DNA from: Clostridia bacterium
GTDB lineage: Bacteria > Bacillota > Clostridia > UMGS1883 > UMGS1540
Length of the DNA: 64,000 nt
Assembly: GCA_017442155.1 (NCBI GenBank)
Contig: JAFSAU010000004.1
Span: 404-64,403, forward strand
Direction: 5' to 3'
The position numbers were made by a program, and so were the translations under genes. Positions 18,379 to 27,634 of the stretch are shown here, one piece after another (the first letter of the stretch is position 1; every line of letters starts with the position of its first letter). The notes under the pieces are model-generated. The model ran no database searches. It had not been told where the DNA came from and was given only the letters and a program-made list of their open reading frames with translations.

Positions 18379-21300
18379 ATGAGACGAAAGAAATGCTGTG
18401 CGGTACTTCTGGTGCTTTTGTGTATCGCACTTTGCCTGCCGGGACTGCCGGCAGGCGCGGCAGACAAGACGGAGCTTCTGGATAACGGCGGCTTTGAACG
18501 CACCTTTTCCGACGGCACGCCCGGCGCATGGATTTTTTCGGACAAAGAGAACACCGGCGTACAAAGTACGGGCGGATATGAAAATTCGGCATATCTTCAG
18601 CTTGGCGGCACTTCTTCAAATTACGCCCTGCAGAGTATTGCCGGCATCCGGGGTGGAGGGGCTTACACCTTTTCAGCCTATATCCGCACAGCATCACCGG
18701 CAAAGGCAATTTTGAAAATTGAGTGGTATGCACGAGAAAACGGAGCCTTGTCGGCTATTTCTCCGACAGAGTATGTTTTTTCGGATGCATCATCCGCATG
18801 GAAAACACTTTCCATACAGGTGACCGCGCCGGACGGTGCGGTATATGCCCGCTTGCTTATCCGGAAAATGGGAAGCGGTGCTGTTTGCTGGGATGCAGTC
18901 AGCCTTGTGGGAGCCTATGAAAAACAGATGGTAGCTTCCACTGATTTTAAGCCTCCGGTCCAGGGGGCAGTAGAAGCCTTTCGCAACGGCGGTTTCGAGG
19001 AAATAAAGGATGGTGAGGCACTGCGCTGGGATAAAAGCAGCGGATTAAATTTTTCTCTCGAAACCGTCCGTCCCTTTAGCGGGACCACAAGCTTCCTGAT
19101 TGAGGGGAATGATACGAATGAAAAGCCATGGATACGGCAGGTATATACCGGGGCCGAGGGCGGGAGTATGTATCAGCTTTCCTGCTGGGTGGCTTCCTAC
19201 ATAAAAGAAGGGTATTTTTCCTTTAAATTGGAGTTTTATAACAGTACTGCCTGCTCTGCGGCAACGGCCATTTCCAACGTAGTCAGCGGTGGATGTCTGA
19301 ATACCGACGGTGTATGGAAGCAGGTAGTAATTCCTATCCGCACGCCGGACACCTGTAAATCCATTGCAGTATACCCCCGGTTTTACGGCGGTGTGGGGAG
19401 GGTGTATATCGACGAGCTTTCCCTGTATCAGACAGAGAAAAACAGTCCCCTTTCTTTAAACACAGATGCTATATTTTATTACAGTGACCGCACGGAGGAT
19501 GGCGTGGCCACTGTGGAAAGTACGCCCTTTTATACAGATGAAAACATTACAGAAGTTGCGTTTTCACTCCTCGATGCGACCGGAATAGCAAAAAAGACGG
19601 AAACAGTTTCCTATACGAATCAAAAAGCAAATTTTTCATTTCCCCTTTCTCTCCTGGAAACGGAAAAGGTGGAATATGCGGTGCACGCAAAGGCAATGAA
19701 TTCGGGGGGGAGTGTGGTCTGGGAAAAGAGGGCACCTGTGTACAAATATCCAAGACCGGGTATGCTGGATAAGCAGGGAAACTGCTATGTAGACGGAGAA
19801 ATTTTCACGCCTGTCATTTCCTACCATCATCACCCGCGGGACTACGATAAAGCCGCGGCCATGGGCGTGAATGTGGTCCAGTCCTACGGAATGACAGGAA
19901 CAGCTATCCTGGATGAAGCGGCGAAATATAATATTAAGGTCTTAATGATTTTATATGAGGGAATGAAGCCGGCAGGACATCCGGAAAATATAGAAAAGAC
20001 CCGGGCACTTGTCAGTGAGGTCAAGGACCATCCGGCACTATTCGGCTATGCAGTGATGGATGAGCCGTATTATAACTATACGGCCCCGGAGGATTGGCTT
20101 TTTTCTTCGTATAAAACGATTCGCGATATTGATTCTTACCATCCCGTGTATGTATGCGAAAACACCCGGGAGCATCTGGCACAGTCGCAGAAATATGTGG
20201 ATGTGCTTGGCATTGACCCCTATATTGCTGATAAAAGTGACGAGGTCTTGACATTGGTATATGATGAAACGGTGTTTGCTGTAGAAAATACCGAGCCGGG
20301 TAAGCCAGTGTATGCGCTGCTACAGGCCTTTGACTTTAAAGGCTATTTCCCCACGGGGGAAGAACTTCGCCATCAGATGTATCAGGCATTTATGGGTGGC
20401 GCAAAGGGCGTAGGATACTTTGCTTTTAATGACAGTAAGGACGGAAAAAAACTGAGCGAGACAGAGCTTTGGAATAGCATTTGTGATTTTACAGCCAATG
20501 AATTGGAACCGGCTATATACGGGTTTGCGCAGGATACGGCTTGTACGAAACAATTGGGGACAAACGTAGATGCGGCCTGGTGGAACAAAGGAGAGGAAAC
20601 GACGCTGCTTCTTCTCAATCACACAGACAGTACGCAAACGGGTACACTGTCACTTGCGGGACTTACGGAAGGGGCCGACGTGGCAGAGATTCTGGGCGAT
20701 GGAATCGGAACACTCAACGGTACGTCCTTTACATATCACATCGGAGGAAGTGCGGCGGTACGGGTTACCCTTTGTAAAACCGATACGCCCTGGAACGGAA
20801 ATCTGTTTACCGGCAGTAGTGATGCCGAGCTTTCAATCATAGAGAAAACAGTTTATAATCTTCGGGAGGGCGAACGGTATTCCCTGCATTTTCAGGCAAA
20901 GTGCAGTGACCCGACAAAGGCACCGCGGCTTCGTTTGACCTTTTCAAATACGGCAAACACGGCATCTTCTACGGCATTTTCTTCCCAGGCAATTCTGAGC
21001 GGGGCTGATGCAGTTCCGTCTTTTGGGACTACGGACTGGCAGTCGTATGAAATCACCTTCCGGGTGCCGGAGGGTGCCGACACGGTAACGCTTCTTCTGG
21101 GAAGTGTGTCCGGCGGCACATATAAAATGGCAAAGCTTTTTCGGGAGACAAAGGCTATGACCTTCTATACCGGTGCAGAAGTAATGGAAACGAAAGCTTC
21201 GGTGACGGAAACCGTCAACAATACCGGTAGAACAAAAACCTATTATCTTGCGGCTGTCCGTGGAGAACAGACGGACAAGGCGGCAGAAGCGACACAAATA

Positions 21301-21540
21301 CTTTACCGAAAGCACGAGGCCGAGGAAAATATGCTTATTTCTGTCCCGCTCTATAAAAGTGTGGTTTCGGAAAGGGCAGAGCTTCTTTCCGTAGAACTCC
21401 GTCAGCTTGAAAAGGGAGCATATGCCTGTATTTTGCAGCCTGTGCCGACAGGTGTGGAATCTTTCCTGCAAAAAATATTTTTGTTTTCAATGACGGGCCT
21501 ACGACCGCTTTCGGATGCAAAAACATATGAATTCAACTGA
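18379..21540 (+). CDS. secreted CBM-CBM-sandwich-(beta/alpha)8-like-barrel protein without SLH (module A, gene 2)
   Basis: ATG 18379 follows AGAGGGA. Signal peptide MRRKKCCAVLLVLLCIALCLPGLPAGAAD. It has LLDNGGFE and FRNGGFEE CBM-like modules. Barrel motifs are PVISYHH, GVNVVQ, MDEPYYN, IDPYIA, LLQAFDF and GYFAF. An extra C-terminal CBM-like module is present, and the protein ends QKIFLFSMTGLRPL. 1053 aa. Confidence 0.75.
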   Translation: MRRKKCCAVLLVLLCIALCLPGLPAGAADKTELLDNGGFERTFSDGTPGAWIFSDKENTGVQSTGGYENSAYLQLGGTSSNYALQSIAGIRGGGAYTFSAYIRTASPAKAILKIEWYARENGALSAISPTEYVFSDASSAWKTLSIQVTAPDGAVYARLLIRKMGSGAVCWDAVSLVGAYEKQMVASTDFKPPVQGAVEAFRNGGFEEIKDGEALRWDKSSGLNFSLETVRPFSGTTSFLIEGNDTNEKPWIRQVYTGAEGGSMYQLSCWVASYIKEGYFSFKLEFYNSTACSAATAISNVVSGGCLNTDGVWKQVVIPIRTPDTCKSIAVYPRFYGGVGRVYIDELSLYQTEKNSPLSLNTDAIFYYSDRTEDGVATVESTPFYTDENITEVAFSLLDATGIAKKTETVSYTNQKANFSFPLSLLETEKVEYAVHAKAMNSGGSVVWEKRAPVYKYPRPGMLDKQGNCYVDGEIFTPVISYHHHPRDYDKAAAMGVNVVQSYGMTGTAILDEAAKYNIKVLMILYEGMKPAGHPENIEKTRALVSEVKDHPALFGYAVMDEPYYNYTAPEDWLFSSYKTIRDIDSYHPVYVCENTREHLAQSQKYVDVLGIDPYIADKSDEVLTLVYDETVFAVENTEPGKPVYALLQAFDFKGYFPTGEELRHQMYQAFMGGAKGVGYFAFNDSKDGKKLSETELWNSICDFTANELEPAIYGFAQDTACTKQLGTNVDAAWWNKGEETTLLLLNHTDSTQTGTLSLAGLTEGADVAEILGDGIGTLNGTSFTYHIGGSAAVRVTLCKTDTPWNGNLFTGSSDAELSIIEKTVYNLREGERYSLHFQAKCSDPTKAPRLRLTFSNTANTASSTAFSSQAILSGADAVPSFGTTDWQSYEITFRVPEGADTVTLLLGSVSGGTYKMAKLFRETKAMTFYTGAEVMETKASVTETVNNTGRTKTYYLAAVRGEQTDKAAEATQILYRKHEAEENMLISVPLYKSVVSERAELLSVELRQLEKGAYACILQPVPTGVESFLQKIFLFSMTGLRPLSDAKTYEFN

Positions 21541-21562
21541 AAACGATAGGATGGAGAGGATT

Positions 21563-24500
21563 ATGATGAATAAAAGAATTACTGCGATATGTTTATTATG
21601 TGTGCTTCTTTTGGGCTGTATCGGTCTCTCGGCAGGTGCGGAGGAAGCAAAAGAAAATCTTTTGCGAAACGGTGATATGGAAAAGGTCAGCACCAACGGA
21701 CACCCCCTAATCTGGACTGAGGTGGAAGAGATTAAGTCTACCACGGAGTATCACCGCTCCGGCAACTACGCCATGAAAATTGAGAAGGAATACACACAGC
21801 AGAGTGTTTACGGTATTATCCCCGGAGAAGAATATCAGCTGGAAGTCTGGTATCTTGCCGCCGGTGGCGTACCTCGCATCAAGGGCTCCTGGTGGATTGA
21901 CCACGAGGATGGAACACGGGATGCGGCCGGAGGCGACTATCTTCCGGTGGCGGAGAACAGCGGCCGTCCGCAAGGAAAGTGGACAAAGTTTTCCTATACA
22001 CTTACGGCGCCGGAGAACGTAACACGGTTAACCATTATGCTGCGGTTTGCCCTTGGCGAGGCTGTCGCAATTGTGGATGACGTTTCGGTAACGGGTCACA
22101 CGGAAGGTGCGGGGGATGCAGCACTTTCCGAAGACCAGATTTTTCCGACCGTTGAGGACACAGGGGAGATTATTGAAAACGGAAGTTTTGAAAAGCTTAC
22201 GGATGGAAAGCCGGAAGGTGCCTGGGGTGCCTATAAGAAAAACTTTGTCGGGAATGAGTATGTATCCATTGAAAATTTCGGGCATACCGGAGACAAATCT
22301 GCGAGGCTTACGGCGGCGAAAACCGGGACAAATCCCTGGATAAATTATGCGATTCCTGTAGAGGAGGGAGCCAGATACCAGGTTACGCTGTGGATTTTCA
22401 CAGAAATAAAATCCGGTTATTATTCCATGAAGCTGGAGTTTTATAACAGTGAGGAATGTACAGCGGAAACGAGTGTGGGCTATTCCCAGTCCTGGCAACA
22501 TAAGAAATCCGGCGGACGTTGGAAGCAGGTCAGTGTAGAGTTTATTGCACCGGCCACAACGAAAACGACGAAAATTTACCCGCGTCTGTACGGAGCAGGA
22601 TATGTATATATAGACGACGTATCCTGTCGGCAGATTGTCGAACAGCCGATATTTGATATGGATACCGACCAGGTATTCTACTATTCCGATTATAAGCCGA
22701 AGGGCGTTGCTACCCTGACGAAGAAATATTACAGCGGCGAAGAAATCGGGGATGCAAAATTTTATTTTCTGGACGGAGAGACCGTATTGGCAGAGGAAAC
22801 CATGCCATTTGCCGGTGAGAGTGTGGAATTTCAATATTCCATGAAGCTGTTTGAAGAAAAACAGAAGGAGTATACAATTCGTGCAGAGGTATTAAAGCCG
22901 GACGGAACCGTCTACCGGCAGTATAATCAGCCGGTATATAAATACGACCGACCGTCCAATATCAACGAAAAAGGTGAAATTATTGTAGATGGCGAGGTGT
23001 TCCATCCCATCTTTTCCTACCATCATCCGGAGGCAAATTTTGAAGAGGCCAAGGAAATGGGCGTAAACACCATTCAGCAGTATGCTCTGGAATATCTGGG
23101 CAAGGAATATCTGGATTACTGCCACGAGCACGGTCTCAAGGTACTCGTGATGATGTATGCGGATATGCGCCCGCCGGCACATCCGGAGGTAAAGCAGGCA
23201 CGTCTTGACAAGCTGGCGTATTGTAAGGGACACCCGGCTGTTCTGGGCTATGCACTGATGGATGAACCCTACTATAATATTAACGACCCCGAGGATTTAC
23301 TTCGTGAGTCGTATAAAATGCTTCGCGACTATGACATGGAAAAACCTGTGTTTATGGTGGATGAAGCTTCCGAGAACCAGGATATTATCGGTAAATACTG
23401 CGACATTGTGGCCGTTGACCCATATATTGCAAGCCGCGGAAAGGATGCTGTAGGCACACAGCCTACCTATGGTGTATCTCTGGCAGACAAAGGCGGAGAT
23501 TATAATAAGCCCGTATTTTCACTTCTGCAGGCCTTCGATTTCCAGGAATATTGGCCAACGGACATGGAACTGAAGAACATGGTGTACCAGAACTTCTTAG
23601 CCGGTGCATATTCTACGGGATACTTTGCTTTTGACAGGGCGAAGGACGGAAAACCGCTGGATGAAACAGAAATCTGGGATATTATTGTTGAAATGGGTGA
23701 AAAGGATATCCCTGAGCTGTTTGATGTTTTTGTTGACCATGCGTATCCGGTTGTCTTTGAACAGCGAACAGATGTAGCCTGGATTTACGGATATTTTAAG
23801 GAAGGAAACATTCACATTATCTGCCTCAATAAGACCCAGAAGGACCAGGTGGTTTCCATTCCCCTTGTAAGCTTTGACGAAAAGGTACATGTAAACGGGT
23901 TTACGGCACAAATTCATAGAGAAAAGACTACCTCTGTTACCGAGGAAGGCGATACACTTACAGTAAGCATGGGTCCGGTTGAAGTCGTAAATTGCGTGGT
24001 GACGCCAAAGGAAGCAATAGATGAAAGTCTTCTGACTACCATGCGGTTTGTGGATTTGTATGACTATGCCTGGGCAAGAAATCAGATTGAAATGCTGGCC
24101 GCAAAGGAGCTGGTTAATTACCCGACCTATAAGAGCTTCCAGCCGGGACGTAACATCACCCGCGGCGAGTTCGCACTCTTCCTGGTACGAACCTTAGGTC
24201 TTGAGGGTGAAACAGCAGAAAACTTTGTCGATGTGGAGCCGGATGCGGAATATGCGAAAGAGCTTGCCATCGGTCGTGCCGCAGGTATCTTAAACGGTAT
24301 TGGCGATAACAAGTATAATCCGGAGGCAGAAATTACAAGACAGGACATGATGACCATTATTGCCCGCGGCATGAAGCTTCTGGAAACAGAAGCGGATTTG
24401 ACCGGCTTCAGTGATACAGGCCTCATTGCCGACTATGCACTGGAAGGCGTTCGGGCAATGGTAGGCACAGGGCTTGTAAAGGGGAATGCAGACGGCACCT

Positions 24501-24568
24501 TAAATCCGCTCGGGAACACAACCCGTGCAGAGGCGGCCGTAATTATGAGCCGGATTCTTGCACAGTAA
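21563..24568 (+). CDS. secreted CBM-CBM-barrel protein with 3 C-terminal SLH repeats (module A, gene 3)
   Basis: ATG 21563/21566 follows GGAGAGG. Signal peptide MMNKRITAICLLCVLLLGCIGLSAGA. It has LLRNGDME and IIENGSFE modules. Barrel motifs are PIFSYHH, GVNTIQ, MDEPYYN, VDPYIA, LLQAFDF and GYFAF. 1001 aa. Confidence 0.8.
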   Translation: MMNKRITAICLLCVLLLGCIGLSAGAEEAKENLLRNGDMEKVSTNGHPLIWTEVEEIKSTTEYHRSGNYAMKIEKEYTQQSVYGIIPGEEYQLEVWYLAAGGVPRIKGSWWIDHEDGTRDAAGGDYLPVAENSGRPQGKWTKFSYTLTAPENVTRLTIMLRFALGEAVAIVDDVSVTGHTEGAGDAALSEDQIFPTVEDTGEIIENGSFEKLTDGKPEGAWGAYKKNFVGNEYVSIENFGHTGDKSARLTAAKTGTNPWINYAIPVEEGARYQVTLWIFTEIKSGYYSMKLEFYNSEECTAETSVGYSQSWQHKKSGGRWKQVSVEFIAPATTKTTKIYPRLYGAGYVYIDDVSCRQIVEQPIFDMDTDQVFYYSDYKPKGVATLTKKYYSGEEIGDAKFYFLDGETVLAEETMPFAGESVEFQYSMKLFEEKQKEYTIRAEVLKPDGTVYRQYNQPVYKYDRPSNINEKGEIIVDGEVFHPIFSYHHPEANFEEAKEMGVNTIQQYALEYLGKEYLDYCHEHGLKVLVMMYADMRPPAHPEVKQARLDKLAYCKGHPAVLGYALMDEPYYNINDPEDLLRESYKMLRDYDMEKPVFMVDEASENQDIIGKYCDIVAVDPYIASRGKDAVGTQPTYGVSLADKGGDYNKPVFSLLQAFDFQEYWPTDMELKNMVYQNFLAGAYSTGYFAFDRAKDGKPLDETEIWDIIVEMGEKDIPELFDVFVDHAYPVVFEQRTDVAWIYGYFKEGNIHIICLNKTQKDQVVSIPLVSFDEKVHVNGFTAQIHREKTTSVTEEGDTLTVSMGPVEVVNCVVTPKEAIDESLLTTMRFVDLYDYAWARNQIEMLAAKELVNYPTYKSFQPGRNITRGEFALFLVRTLGLEGETAENFVDVEPDAEYAKELAIGRAAGILNGIGDNKYNPEAEITRQDMMTIIARGMKLLETEADLTGFSDTGLIADYALEGVRAMVGTGLVKGNADGTLNPLGNTTRAEAAVIMSRILAQ
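24041..24565 (+). other. three SLH (S-layer homology) repeats
   Basis: FVDLYDYAWARNQIEML..., FVDVEPDAEYAKELAIGRAAGILNG... and FSDTGLIADYALEGVRAMVGTGLVKG...TRAEAAVIMSRIL each fit the SLH pattern F-D...A...I......G-(I/L/V)-x-G. Confidence 0.85.
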
Positions 24569-24589
24569 TGTAAACGGAGGAAACCAAAA

Positions 24590-27500
24590 TTGAAATTTAA
24601 AAAACTGATTGCAATGCTTCTGACTTGCGTTTTGTTCGTGCCGATGATAGGCATGGCAGAAGAAACAAAGGTCGGTGAATTGCTTATCAACGGTGATTTT
24701 GAAACGTTGACTTCAAACGGAGGCTTTTTGGTATGGGGCCAAAAGGAAGGGATTTCACCAAGCAGTGATATTAAATACGACGGCGAATACTCCATGATGA
24801 TCAGCAAAGACTATTTGTCCCAGCGCGTATACGGTGTTTTGGGCGGAGGAACGTACACACTGTCGGGCTACTATATGGGAAATGTGCCGCGTGTGAAGGT
24901 TGACTGCTATAAAAATGACGAGAACGGCTCCAGGGTTCATCTCGGAGGAGAATATCTGGATGTGGCTTCTGCAACTGAAAAGCGTGCCGTGCGGAATTTC
25001 AGAAAATTTTCTCTGGAATATACACTTCCGGCAGATACTCTTTTTGTAGATGTGATGCTTCGTAACAGTCTGGAGGAAAGTCCTACCACGTATATAGATA
25101 ATGTTTCCCTGGTCGGACCGAAAACGGCAACGAATGAGTCTGCCTTGCCGTCGGAAGCAATCTATCCGCCCGTGGAGGGGGCGACGAATCTGATTGAGAA
25201 CGGTAGCTTTGAGATGCTCACAAACGGCGTGCCGGAGCCTTTTGGCTGTTACAAGGGCTGGGAAAACAATCAGAGAATCCAGGTGCTCAAAAGCGAAGCA
25301 ATGGCACATGACGGCAAAAACTGTATGCTTATCACAGCAGAAAAGACCGGCATAAACCCTTGGATAAACTATAAAATACCGGTGGAGGGCGGAGCACGGT
25401 ATCAGATTCTAATGTGGATTTGCTCCAGCATATCCAGCGGATACAGTGGGATGAAGCTGGAGTTTTACGACCATCCCGAAGTGAAAGCAGAATATGATGC
25501 AGGCTACAGCCAGTCCTGGAGCCATAAAAGCACCAATAATGTTTGGAAACAGACGGCTGTGGAATTTGTTGCACCCGATGATGCAGTTCTGGTAGCCATT
25601 TATCCCCGCCTTTTTGGCAGTGGCAGTCTGTATATCGACGATTTGCAGTGCTATAAAATTGGGAACACACCGCAGATGAAGCTGAATACAGACCAGGTTT
25701 TCTATTATGATGACTGGAAGCATGATGGGATTGTAACCGTATCCAAAACCGTTCATTTCGCAGGTCCTACCCTTGATAAGGTAGAAATGTCGTTTGTCGA
25801 TGGAGAAGAAGTGCTGTATGAAGATAGCTGTGCATTTGTGGGCGATAGTGTAAGCCTTACGTTTCCTATGAAGACATTCAAGGAAAAACAGAAGGAATAC
25901 AAAATTAAGGTGCAGGTGCTGGATACTGACGGCAATGTTTTTGACCGGCAGGAACAGAGAGTGTACATGTATCCCCGTCCGAGTTACCTGAATGAAAACG
26001 GCGATTTTATCATCGACGGCGAAATCTTTAATCCCGTATTTTCTTATCACCATTCTATTAAATATTGGGATCAGGCGATTGAAATGGGTGTAAATACGGT
26101 ACAACAGTATAATGACGGCGTGGAACAAGGCAAAGCAATCCTGGATGCCGCGGCAGAAAAGGGGCTTAAAGTACTGGCCAATCTTTACGGTAACATGCGT
26201 CCGCCGTCCCATCCCGATGTAATTGAATCGCGCAAGGCGTATATTGAGTCCATTAAAGACCATCCGGCACTTTTAGGGTATCTTCTGTTTGATGAACCGT
26301 TCTATAATATCAATGACCCGGAGCCGTATCTACATGATTCCTATAAGCTCATTCGTGATATTGACCCGGACCATCCCGTCTTGATTATGGACGAGGGCGG
26401 TGGTCATGACGGCACAACACAGAAATACTGTGACGTTCTTTCCATAGACCCCTATATTGCCAATCTTTACTTTTTAGGAGAAGATGCGGTAGGTACACAT
26501 CCGGCAGAAACGGTTATGGAGGCAGATGCACAGGCATATTATAACAAACCTATTTATTCCCTTTTACAGGCCTTTGAGTTCAAGGAATATATGCCTACAT
26601 CGGATGAACTGCGGAACATGGTGTACCAGAATTTCCTGGCAGGGGCACATGCCACAGGCTATTATTGCTTTGAAGAATCGCAGCCCGGAAAAAACCTGGA
26701 CGAAACCGAGCTATGGGATGGCATTAAAGCCATGGCAGGAGACGAACTGGACGAGCTTTTTGATGTTTTTATTGAGAAGAAATACCCGGTATTTAACGAG
26801 CTTCGCTCGGATGATGCATGGATTTTTGCCTATGAAAAAGAAGGAAAGATTCATTACATCGTGCAAAATAAGAGACAGAGCGAGGTAATGGTAACGTTAC
26901 CGACCACCTCCTTCGACGGCTCGGTAAATCTTGGCAATTATACAGTACAACTGACAGACAAAAAAGGCGTTAAGATGGAAACCGGGGAAAGCCTGCAGCT
27001 TACCATGGATGCCGTTGCGGTCGTTCGCCTTGTTGTTACTCCCGAGACAGGAACGGATTTATCAGGTCTTACCACGATGCAGTTTTATGATTTATATAAT
27101 TATGCCTGGGCGAGAACGGAAATTGAAAAGCTCAATGCAAAAGGCCTTGTGAATGATTACACGCCGAAGAGTTTTGCACCGGGCAAAAACATCACCCGTG
27201 GTGACTTTGCACTCTTCCTGGTACGCACATTGGGACTTGAAGGCGAAGATGCAGAAAACTTTGCAGACGTAGATCCCGATGCAGAATACGCAAAGGAAAT
27301 CGCCATCGGACGTGCCGCCGGCATTTTAAACGGAATCGGTGACAATAAATATAATCCCGAGGCTGAAATTTCCCGTCAGGATATGATGACGATTATTGCA
27401 CGCGGTATGAAGCTTTTGGGAACGGAAGCGGATTTATCCGGCTTCAGCGATACAGGTCTCATTGCCGATTATGCACTGGAAGGCGTTCGTGCTATGGTAG

Positions 27501-27604
27501 GAACCGGGCTTGTAAAGGGGAATGCAGACGGCACCTTAAATCCGCTGGGGAACACAACCCGTGCTGAAGCGGCGGTCATTATGAGCCGGATTCTTGCACA
27601 GTAA
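24590..27604 (+). CDS. secreted CBM-CBM-barrel protein with 3 C-terminal SLH repeats (module A, gene 4)
   Basis: TTG start at 24590, 9 nt after ACGGAGG, is the only in-frame start giving the signal peptide MKFKKLIAMLLTCVLFVPMIGMA. It has LLINGDFE and LIENGSFE modules. Barrel motifs are PVFSYHH, GVNTVQ, FDEPFYN, IDPYIA, LLQAFEF and GYYCF. 1004 aa. Confidence 0.8.
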   Translation: MKFKKLIAMLLTCVLFVPMIGMAEETKVGELLINGDFETLTSNGGFLVWGQKEGISPSSDIKYDGEYSMMISKDYLSQRVYGVLGGGTYTLSGYYMGNVPRVKVDCYKNDENGSRVHLGGEYLDVASATEKRAVRNFRKFSLEYTLPADTLFVDVMLRNSLEESPTTYIDNVSLVGPKTATNESALPSEAIYPPVEGATNLIENGSFEMLTNGVPEPFGCYKGWENNQRIQVLKSEAMAHDGKNCMLITAEKTGINPWINYKIPVEGGARYQILMWICSSISSGYSGMKLEFYDHPEVKAEYDAGYSQSWSHKSTNNVWKQTAVEFVAPDDAVLVAIYPRLFGSGSLYIDDLQCYKIGNTPQMKLNTDQVFYYDDWKHDGIVTVSKTVHFAGPTLDKVEMSFVDGEEVLYEDSCAFVGDSVSLTFPMKTFKEKQKEYKIKVQVLDTDGNVFDRQEQRVYMYPRPSYLNENGDFIIDGEIFNPVFSYHHSIKYWDQAIEMGVNTVQQYNDGVEQGKAILDAAAEKGLKVLANLYGNMRPPSHPDVIESRKAYIESIKDHPALLGYLLFDEPFYNINDPEPYLHDSYKLIRDIDPDHPVLIMDEGGGHDGTTQKYCDVLSIDPYIANLYFLGEDAVGTHPAETVMEADAQAYYNKPIYSLLQAFEFKEYMPTSDELRNMVYQNFLAGAHATGYYCFEESQPGKNLDETELWDGIKAMAGDELDELFDVFIEKKYPVFNELRSDDAWIFAYEKEGKIHYIVQNKRQSEVMVTLPTTSFDGSVNLGNYTVQLTDKKGVKMETGESLQLTMDAVAVVRLVVTPETGTDLSGLTTMQFYDLYNYAWARTEIEKLNAKGLVNDYTPKSFAPGKNITRGDFALFLVRTLGLEGEDAENFADVDPDAEYAKEIAIGRAAGILNGIGDNKYNPEAEISRQDMMTIIARGMKLLGTEADLSGFSDTGLIADYALEGVRAMVGTGLVKGNADGTLNPLGNTTRAEAAVIMSRILAQ
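27077..27601 (+). other. three SLH repeats
   Basis: 175 codons collinear with 24041-24565. The last 54 residues are identical to those of the preceding paralog. Confidence 0.85.
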
Positions 27605-27634
27605 ATATTTTTGACACTAAAGTGGGAATGCTCT

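Noticed and set aside
21590-21625. Possible lipoprotein lipobox (LLGC) in the signal peptide of the 21563 product
   Set aside because: The residue at position -2 (Leu) does not fit the usual L-(A/S/T)-(G/A)-C lipobox, and the protein already carries SLH anchors. A signal peptidase I site after SAGA is more plausible.
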